Assembly: GCF_932526225.1 (NCBI RefSeq)
Contig: NC_064037.1
Coordinates: 3,248,996-3,312,995 of the forward strand
Reading direction: 5' to 3'
DNA length: 64,000 bases
Origin: Nematostella vectensis
Taxonomy: Eukaryota
Shown piece after piece: positions 56,901 to 64,000 of the stretch. The stretch's first letter is position 1; each line of letters begins with the position of its first letter. The translations under genes were made by a program, and so were the position numbers. A model generated the notes under the pieces. The model made no database searches and was not told the origin of the DNA. It saw only the letters and a program-made list of their open reading frames with translations.

Positions 56901-57276
56901 AACGTTGTCAGTGCAAATGGCATCTAAAACCAGTCGCTGTTTCTAGTTGTAATTATCCCTAGGAATAAACAGGTTGGGCTTGCTAAAATATGTGTTATTT
57001 ACTCCGTAGAACAAACTCAAAAGCCGCCTGACAGACCTCGCGGACGGTCGCGACGAACGAAGCAGCGGACTAGATAGTCCGCGATCACTTAACTCACCGG
57101 ACAGCGTGACTAGCCCTGATGGCACGCGCGACGAAGGCAAGCCGAAAAAAAGCGCCGCAAAGAAAGAACACAGCCGAAGCCGTGAAGAGAGACGGAAAAA
57201 AAGCATCGAAAAACGCAAAAGCCAGGAGAAAATGAATCGAAGGGCCAAGCCCGCTCCTGGGTCATTTGATATTTAG
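19522..57276 (+). CDS. MYO18A: Class XVIII unconventional myosin (MYO18A-like: KE-rich N-terminus, PDZ domain, myosin motor with GSSGSGKT P-loop, IQ motif, long coiled-coil tail, Ser/Lys-rich C-terminus); gene span, 37 coding exons, 2209 aa
   Basis: All 37 exons are joined by canonical GT-AG sites with consistent phases; total 6630 nt = 2209 aa plus stop. Diagnostic strings, matching MYO18A as I recall it: [11 protein letters not shown]...; [17 protein letters not shown]...[26 protein letters not shown]...[13 protein letters not shown]; motor [42 protein letters not shown]...[29 protein letters not shown]...[11 protein letters not shown]...LLESFGN...[11 protein letters not shown]...TFLLEKSRV...[10 protein letters not shown]...[18 protein letters not shown]; tail ...[21 protein letters not shown]...[18 protein letters not shown].... 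Confidence 0.95.
23278..24093. mobile_element. piggyBac-like non-autonomous DNA transposon (MITE, about 810 bp) with TTAA target-site duplication
   Basis: Left end TTAA|CCTTATTCAGACTGGG... (23278). Right end ...CCCAGTCTGAATAGGG|TTAA (24090-24093). The two ends are inverted repeats, CCYTATTCAGACTGGG, about 17 bp, with poly-G/poly-C subterminal tracts. The interior has no ORF. It lies in MYO18 intron 1. Confidence 0.7.
25749..26312. repeat. 36-bp minisatellite x about 16 in MYO18 intron 1
   Basis: Unit ccaggggctttcctggaccatttgtgtcacctttac. It underlies spurious ORFs 25748-26469. Confidence 0.9.
26520..26726 (+). CDS. MYO18A: MYO18 exon 2 (myosin N-terminal SH3-like)
   Basis: Acceptor catctgtag|CCC, donor AAG|gtgggt. 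Peptide [36 protein letters not shown]...[19 protein letters not shown]. Confidence 0.9.
27395..27571 (+). CDS. MYO18A: MYO18 exon 3 (motor start)
   Basis: Acceptor tatttgcag|GCC, donor AAG|gtaaag. Peptide [59 protein letters not shown]. Confidence 0.95.
27572..28018 (+). repeat. 33-bp tandem array x13; each unit is a copy of the last 24 nt of MYO18 exon 3 plus its 5' splice site (…cttgccatctacactgataag|gtaaagtag)
   Basis: The array begins exactly at the exon 3 donor. Every unit retains AAG|GTAAAG. The in-frame TAG is immediately 3' of each donor. Confidence 0.9.
28405..28587. mobile_element. Truncated copy of the same MITE family (right end only), inserted directly upstream of the MYO18 exon 4 acceptor
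   Basis: Ends ...GGATGG(G)23AGCGCAAGAGCCCCCCAGTCTGAATAGGGTTAA (28584-28587). The internal ggtcata...atggttca segment matches copy 1. It is flanked by a duplicated 37-bp host segment: 28368-28404 and 28588-28624, the latter containing the real acceptor. Confidence 0.55.
28615..28825 (+). CDS. MYO18A: MYO18 exon 4 (P-loop GSSGSGKT)
   Basis: Acceptor cccttacag|GTT, donor ACAG|gtaaca (phase 1). Peptide [70 protein letters not shown]. Confidence 0.95.
29003..29145 (+). CDS. MYO18A: MYO18 exon 5
   Basis: Acceptor gtctttccag|AT, donor CAG|gtaagc. Peptide (G)[48 protein letters not shown]. Confidence 0.9.
29453..29553 (+). CDS. MYO18A: MYO18 exon 6
   Basis: Acceptor tgtttttcag|ACA, donor CTAAG|gtaact (phase 2). 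Peptide [33 protein letters not shown](R). Confidence 0.9.
30116..30182 (+). CDS. MYO18A: MYO18 exon 7
   Basis: Acceptor gcttttacag|G, donor GCT|gtaagt. Peptide (R)[22 protein letters not shown]. Confidence 0.85.
30508..30652 (+). CDS. MYO18A: MYO18 exon 8
   Basis: Acceptor ctttcaaag|AGT, donor ATAG|gtaagt (phase 1). Peptide [48 protein letters not shown](G). Confidence 0.85.
31138..31441 (+). CDS. MYO18A: MYO18 exon 9
   Basis: Acceptor ctactttaag|GA, donor AACAG|gttaga (phase 2). Peptide (G)[100 protein letters not shown](R). Confidence 0.85.
31623..31815 (+). CDS. MYO18A: MYO18 exon 10 (switch-II-like VLDSPGFQ)
   Basis: Acceptor ttccctgacag|A, donor CAG|gtaggc. Peptide (R)[64 protein letters not shown]. 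Confidence 0.9.
32325..32408 (+). CDS. MYO18A: MYO18 exon 11
   Basis: Acceptor ggttcaccag|GAG, donor GTG|gtaaga. Peptide [28 protein letters not shown]. Confidence 0.85.
32836..32968 (+). CDS. MYO18A: MYO18 exon 12
   Basis: Acceptor tcttgtgctag|ACT, donor GAAA|gtgagt (phase 1). Peptide [44 protein letters not shown]. The donor is followed by three tandem copies of a 35-bp donor-containing unit. Confidence 0.85.
32966..33068 (+). repeat. 35-bp unit x3 containing the MYO18 exon 12 donor (a|gtgagtac...)
   Basis: agtgagtac(t/c)(t/c)aagaaacggc(t/a)ctttgaatcag repeated three times, starting at the donor. Confidence 0.85.
33400..33512 (+). repeat. Tandem duplication (about 55 bp x2) of the MYO18 exon 13 acceptor plus exon start
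   Basis: accctcggggatgctgttgtgtaatcgagaggagtcctgggtaaaccagggt // accctcggggttactgttgtgtatttgtag|AGGAATCCTGGGTGAAGCAGGGT. Confidence 0.8.
33498..33657 (+). CDS. MYO18A: MYO18 exon 13
   Basis: Acceptor tatttgtag|AG, donor CCAA|gtgagt (phase 2). Peptide (K)[52 protein letters not shown](K). The acceptor plus exon start is tandemly duplicated immediately upstream. Confidence 0.8.
33990..34128 (+). CDS. MYO18A: MYO18 exon 14
   Basis: Acceptor atcttcgtag|G, donor GTG|gtgagt. Peptide (K)[46 protein letters not shown]. The ORF-track extension into 34129-35286 is the intronic 51-bp array, not coding sequence. Confidence 0.85.
34129..35225. repeat. 51-bp minisatellite x about 21 in MYO18 intron 14, abutting the exon 14 donor
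   Basis: Unit acaaccacgtactagcaacacgatcatgtacgggggaccacatcgctcgac. The period is a multiple of 3 and lacks stop codons, which creates the spurious 246-459 aa ORFs on both strands. Confidence 0.9.
35730..39750. repeat. 30-bp satellite x about 134 (about 4 kb) in MYO18 intron 14, ending about 25 bp before the exon 15 acceptor
   Basis: Unit catgcgcaaatgaaccgaacatacactaca with systematic variants (atac/atgc, cgca/agca/cgaa). It generates the spurious ORFs of up to 856 aa (37162..39732, minus strand). Confidence 0.95.
39772..39976 (+). CDS. MYO18A: MYO18 exon 15
   Basis: Acceptor tgctattttag|GAC, donor CAAG|gtaagt (phase 1). Peptide [68 protein letters not shown]. Confidence 0.9.
43253..43356 (+). 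CDS. MYO18A: MYO18 exon 16
   Basis: Acceptor cctcccacag|GC, donor AAG|gtatct. Peptide (G)[34 protein letters not shown]. The donor region is tandemly duplicated at 43391-43432. Confidence 0.9.
43343..43432 (+). repeat. About 45-bp tandem duplication of the MYO18 exon 16 donor region
   Basis: gagaaaaag|gtatctcctagaaaaccttcaaac ... gagaaaaaggtatttcctagaaatccttccaaac. Confidence 0.8.
43656..43721 (+). CDS. MYO18A: MYO18 exon 17
   Basis: Acceptor tgtgtctccag|GGC, donor CAG|gtattt. Peptide [22 protein letters not shown]. Confidence 0.85.
44101..44229 (+). CDS. MYO18A: MYO18 exon 18 (converter end / IQ motif)
   Basis: Acceptor cattgcgtag|ATC, donor CAG|gtaatg. Peptide [43 protein letters not shown]. 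Confidence 0.9.
44489..44578 (+). CDS. MYO18A: MYO18 exon 19
   Basis: Acceptor tttgtttccag|GTT, donor AAG|gttagt. Peptide [30 protein letters not shown]. Confidence 0.9.
44590..44900. repeat. About 42-bp array x7 in MYO18 intron 19
   Basis: Unit cgttatcgccgaccctatcccgaaaacatctcgtacagatct. Confidence 0.8.
44936..44989 (+). CDS. MYO18A: MYO18 exon 20
   Basis: Acceptor attgcttgcag|GTT, donor TCA|gtaagt. Peptide [18 protein letters not shown]. Confidence 0.8.
45270..46010. repeat. 45-bp array x about 16 in MYO18 intron 20
   Basis: Unit cgatagttttcaattttcgtgttaacagcgttcggctattttgct. Confidence 0.9.
46040..46268. repeat. 28-bp array x8 in MYO18 intron 20
   Basis: Unit ccaccatagcgctatttatccattattt. 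Confidence 0.85.
46338..46427 (+). CDS. MYO18A: MYO18 exon 21 (coiled coil)
   Basis: Acceptor ctcccttag|GGC, donor AAG|gtatgg. Peptide [30 protein letters not shown]. Confidence 0.8.
47699..47818 (+). CDS. MYO18A: MYO18 exon 22 (coiled coil)
   Basis: Acceptor tccggtag|GTG, donor CAG|gtaaaa. Peptide [40 protein letters not shown]. The exon end plus donor is duplicated about 88 bp downstream. Confidence 0.8.
47792..47952 (+). repeat. About 88-bp tandem duplication covering the last 27 nt of MYO18 exon 22 plus the donor and 50 nt of intron
   Basis: cttgaggtgcagctacaagagatacag|gtaaaacccgattacccagtcaaactggttatgaaatacata // cctgaggtgcggcgtcaagaaatacaggtaaaacccgattacccagtcaaactggttatgaaatacata. 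Confidence 0.85.
48246..48420 (+). CDS. MYO18A: MYO18 exon 23 (coiled coil)
   Basis: Acceptor tctattgcag|GAG, donor GAAG|gtaaag (phase 1). Peptide [58 protein letters not shown]. Confidence 0.8.
48470..48545 (+). pseudogene. Diverged intronic copy (pseudo-exon) of part of MYO18 exon 25
   Basis: gggcctcaagaagaagtcttcacgtcttgctcaaaagaaggaggatatgaaactactgctggaagag is about 93% identical to exon 25 (49145-49213). It lies in intron 23 with no flanking consensus splice sites. Confidence 0.6.
48846..48973 (+). CDS. MYO18A: MYO18 exon 24 (coiled coil)
   Basis: Acceptor gcgttacag|AG, donor AAG|gtgcgc. Peptide (E)[42 protein letters not shown]. Confidence 0.8.
49102..49256 (+). CDS. MYO18A: MYO18 exon 25 (coiled coil)
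   Basis: Acceptor cttctttag|TTG, donor GAAA|gtaagt (phase 2). Peptide [51 protein letters not shown](K). Confidence 0.8.
49585..49810 (+). CDS. MYO18A: MYO18 exon 26 (coiled coil)
   Basis: Acceptor ttattttaag|G, donor GAT|gtaggt. Peptide (K)[75 protein letters not shown]. Confidence 0.8.
50161..50262 (+). CDS. MYO18A: MYO18 exon 27 (coiled coil)
   Basis: Acceptor cttgtcgcag|GCC, donor CAG|gtacgt. Peptide [34 protein letters not shown]. Confidence 0.85.
50263..50660 (+). repeat. 37-bp array x about 10 starting exactly at the MYO18 exon 27 donor (first unit is the donor: gtacgtgttagacccag...)
   Basis: Unit gtgtgttagacccagtagtatagaaataaggataggt. Later units degenerate to ...ccagaagggtagacccagaaacaagaataggtgtgttata. 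Confidence 0.85.
50869..50979 (+). CDS. MYO18A: MYO18 exon 28 (coiled coil)
   Basis: Acceptor ccgttttcag|ACG, donor AAG|gtgagg. Peptide [37 protein letters not shown]. Confidence 0.85.
51340..51399 (+). CDS. MYO18A: MYO18 exon 29 (coiled coil)
   Basis: Acceptor gtgtcatcag|ATC, donor AAG|gtgagt. Peptide [20 protein letters not shown]. Confidence 0.8.
51771..52076 (+). CDS. MYO18A: MYO18 exon 30 (coiled coil)
   Basis: Acceptor caccctttag|GCC, donor GAG|gtatga. Peptide [102 protein letters not shown]. Confidence 0.85.
52405..52521 (+). CDS. MYO18A: MYO18 exon 31 (coiled coil)
   Basis: Acceptor gatttttaaag|TTT, donor GAG|gttagg. Peptide [39 protein letters not shown]. Confidence 0.8.
52707..52871 (+). 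CDS. MYO18A: MYO18 exon 32 (coiled coil)
   Basis: Acceptor tcccttgcag|TTG, donor AAG|gtaacc. Peptide [55 protein letters not shown]. The donor is followed immediately by a 30-bp array. Confidence 0.8.
52872..53560 (+). repeat. 30-bp array x about 22 beginning 4 nt after the MYO18 exon 32 donor
   Basis: Unit cacctaccaaccccaccctaccctataata. It creates the spurious Pro-rich ORF 52701..53609. Confidence 0.9.
53914..53970 (+). CDS. MYO18A: MYO18 exon 33 (coiled coil)
   Basis: Acceptor tttatatctag|ATG, donor GAT|gtaaga. Peptide [19 protein letters not shown], matching the MYO18A tail segment ...IRELETRLEFE.... Confidence 0.7.
54262..55234 (+). repeat. 34-bp array x about 28 ending exactly at the MYO18 exon 34 acceptor; the unit resembles the acceptor plus exon start
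   Basis: Unit tcttaagacgcaagtaacgcattatctgatcttg, versus the junction tttttag|ATGCAAGTGACGCGGTTA. Confidence 0.85.
55235..55332 (+). CDS. MYO18A: MYO18 exon 34 (coiled coil)
   Basis: Acceptor ttgtttttag|ATG, donor ACGAG|gtagtt (phase 2). Peptide [32 protein letters not shown](R). The preceding 34-bp array consists of copies of the acceptor plus exon start. Confidence 0.75.
55860..55947 (+). CDS. MYO18A: MYO18 exon 35 (coiled coil)
   Basis: Acceptor gtcttgtag|A, donor GTG|gtgagt. Peptide (R)[29 protein letters not shown]. Confidence 0.8.
56311..56556 (+). CDS. MYO18A: MYO18 exon 36 (coiled-coil end, acidic Ser/Asp-rich segment)
   Basis: Acceptor gtgtttctag|GAG, donor CAG|gtgaat. Peptide [82 protein letters not shown]. 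Confidence 0.85.
57010..57276 (+). CDS. MYO18A: MYO18 exon 37 (C-terminal Ser/Lys-rich tail to stop TAG)
   Basis: Acceptor tactccgtag|AAC. Peptide [94 protein letters not shown] at 57899-57904. Confidence 0.85.
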   Translation, partial: NKLKSRLTDLADGRDERSSGLDSPRSLNSPDSVTSPDGTRDEGKPKKSAAKKEHSRSREERRKKSIEKRKSQEKMNRRAKPAPGSFDI

Positions 57277-57898
57277 ACATTTTAAAATTATTAATTCAAA
57301 GTTATTAATCCAAGGAGCTGGGTCAGATGAAATATCGGCCGTGATATAGTAAGGCACAAGGTAATGACTCGGGTTTCCTGTGGGGCCGGGGTTATCCACC
57401 TATTCTAAATAAGTCTTCACTGTGAGAAACCGTACGAACCTGTGCGCTGCGTTGTGGGTAATGACACAAAATCTTGGTCTATAGAAACCCGTGCTGGCGC
57501 TGATATGGTAAGAGGTTTTCAAACTGTAGTCTTTTTATTGCATTTAGCTCCTCATTTGTGAAATACCTATGAGGCAGCGAGGATATCACGGTGGCTCGCG
57601 ATGCAGCCGTTTGTAGCAGGCGTGTGTATTTTTTAGCTCGAGTCAGAGCAGGGTTAAAATGAACTTGGGTGTCTAGTGGAGTGTGATAAAAAGCTGTTTT
57701 CCCAGTGTTTGGTTACTTGTTTAAAATTATCTTCAAATGTCGTGAACGTGGACGGTATTTTCACTATCAAGGCGATCCCTTTAGACCGGATGCAGTAGTG
57801 TCCAAATCCGAACCGTGTCGGAAAAGGGCTTCGAAATATTCAGCTGGCACAGACTTATTCCTTTTATTCCAATCTAACGCAGTTTAATTTTTACTTGT

Positions 57899-57904
57899 AA
57901 TAAA
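57899..57904 (+). promoter_or_regulatory. MYO18A: Candidate polyadenylation signal for MYO18
   Basis: First AATAAA downstream of the stop codon, implying a 3'UTR of about 620 nt. Confidence 0.4.
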
Positions 57905-60058
57905 AGGAAGCGATAGCAGACAGCAAGGTCCACCAACAGCACAACCTTTGTTACATCTATAAAAACGTGTTTTGGGAGAAGAGAGGACAGGAAACGCAAT
58001 TGAATCACTTCAAACGCATTTCGCGTAAAGCAAATCCGTTATTTTCCTATCCGGAATTCTTCGTCTTTTTGTGCGTTTCGGAAATGCGTTTTTCCCGCGT
58101 GTTCATTGTTAACCAACATTTGAAAACTCCCATCTTCAAATTTGTATCCAAGTCCTGACATTGGTAATTGAATTTAAAAACAAAAGAAAAATCCCACCTT
58201 CCTGTTATGTATTATTCACACGCCTGAGCTAGTCTCGAATAATGCGAAATCTAAGTAATAATAGGGAACGGTATTTCGAATTAATAGTATAGAGATGGTA
58301 TTTTTGTACAATTTCGTCTTTTAACTAGAATTGATCACAATTCATTGAAATATGCATGCCACTTGTTAAATTGAACTCGATGTAAATTTATGTGGTATTT
58401 AAACAAGTTGATAAAAATATCTAAAAATTAATGCGTTGTTTGTCACGTCGGTTTCGTGTGGTTTTTCCACTGGTGCAAAGTTTAGTATTCAAGTTAGTAC
58501 AAAAGAGCAGGAGGTTCGGCAAGGGGTGAGGTTTATTGAACAGTTTAACTGGCCCGTAGGTAGGGATTTTGACGTTCATGTTCATCCCGTGGATGAGGTT
58601 TATTGAACAGTTAAACTGGCCCGTAGGTAGGGATGTTGACGTTCATGTTCATCCCGTGGGTGAAGTTTATTTAACTTATCATTTCCCAGGGTAGGGATCT
58701 ATTGATCCTGCCGTACGCCCTTGGCAGAGGATATTTGATCAAAATAATATAGCCCGGGGTAAGAATATTTCCCAAGATTGGCTCCAAAATTTGGCCCAAG
58801 GGTAGGGAATTTGACTAAAAAAATGTTAAATCCTCACGCCTTGTCGCAAACCCCCCCACCGGTTCAACATTGATAGGTGCATGAAGCACTGATCAACCAA
58901 AAAGCAAAGTTGCTCCTCTAGTTCTCGGCAAGACAATGTTTGAAATACAAAAAAACTGCAGTGGCGGATCACCATTTGCTTGCCGCCGAAAAAGGAGAAT
59001 CACAAAATTCCACGGCTATCTAGCACCAGGGGGGGTGGCCTAGGGGTAACGTGCCCTCCCCCCTTTTAGCAGCCAAAAATAAAGTTATTGTATGAGACAT
59101 TACCTAAAATACAGGGAAAAATGCCTTGAAAGTCCTTTTCGGGCCCCCTCCTTTAAAATCTTGGCCACGCCGCCGAGCACCATTAATAGTATCTTCTAAA
59201 ACTAGACGAGTCATTTCACGGGACACATCACAAGTCAAGATATATTACTTTACCATTTTCTTAATGAAAGGACAATTCGACTTGGCTCTTAGCCTGCACA
59301 CTGATACAACATTATACATTACAGTTTCATAGGTACGCCATTAGATAATTTACATAATGAATTTTGGCTGTAAAACCATGTTGAAAATATTACGCAAAAC
59401 CCTATAAAACATAACTATTGTAAGAAAATATCCCATTCACATAAATACAAATTTGAATCCAGATACTCGGTTTGGTGGTGGAGGAAATAGTTTAAACTAT
59501 CAAGGGTAAAAATAGTTACAGTTAACTAAAAAGTACCACTGAAGGGAGACAAATCACTTCGGGTTAGCGGATTCTGGTCCCATTTACGAGAAAATGAATC
59601 AAAAACGTTCGTTGGCGGATATCATCCTTGATCTTGTAGGGCTTCCAGTAACCAGTGTTCGTTTGTTCATAAATGCACCAGTCACACAACCAACCCTAGT
59701 AAACCCACCAAGACATGCCCTCGTTTGCTTATTCTTCTTTTAGCACGTTCTGCGGGCTTTTTATTCTAGGATTCCATGTAGGCCTCGGTTTACGATAGAC
59801 ATTCCACGTACTACCCTTGTTTCCCAGAAAGATACAGAATATGTTTACATACCTTCGAAACATTTTGTGAGTAAATATTAGAGTTTCTGGCACCGCCAAA
59901 TAGGACGTTTTTTAGATAATGGGGATCTTGGGGTAATTGAGAGCAAAAGTAAGACTTTGCCATTTGGGATTTTGTTTGCTCGTTTCACTGGTGTTTGAGA
60001 GGGGCAACTATATTCTGGTAATGAAGGTTATATCGTTACTATGCTATCTGATGGCTCA

Positions 60059-64000
<3,942 letters not shown>

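Overview
This is a eukaryotic (metazoan) nuclear locus with short exons, GT-AG introns and many intronic minisatellites. There are no prokaryotic operons, CRISPR arrays or rRNA genes. The organism is not identified; the repeat-rich introns fit an invertebrate genome but give no stronger clue. I resolved four protein-coding genes by reading splice sites and reading frames directly. (1) BCS1-like mitochondrial AAA chaperone, + strand, 4 coding exons, 4252-6554, 420 aa. (2) Poly(U)-specific endoribonuclease (XendoU/ENDOU family), - strand, 3' four exons 6796-9045; it is convergent with BCS1L and its 5' exons were not located. (3) A class-XVIII myosin (MYO18A-like: N-terminal KE-rich region plus PDZ domain, GSSGSGKT P-loop, motor, IQ motif, long coiled-coil tail), + strand, 37 coding exons from 19522 to 57276, 2209 aa, frame-consistent throughout. 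(4) A - strand gene fragment, 60059-64000 and beyond, whose last exons encode dynein heavy chain AAA5-like motifs ([22 protein letters not shown], ITKxxNP) preceded by coiled coil; it terminates prematurely relative to true dynein heavy chains. The non-coding space is dominated by tandem arrays. The most unusual observation is that many of these arrays sit exactly on exon-intron junctions and their repeat unit contains the exon-terminal bases plus the GT donor (or the AG acceptor plus exon start). Splice sites are therefore tandemly multiplied up to 13-fold. A piggyBac-like MITE family with TTAA target-site duplications is also present: one full copy, and one truncated copy next to a duplicated acceptor.
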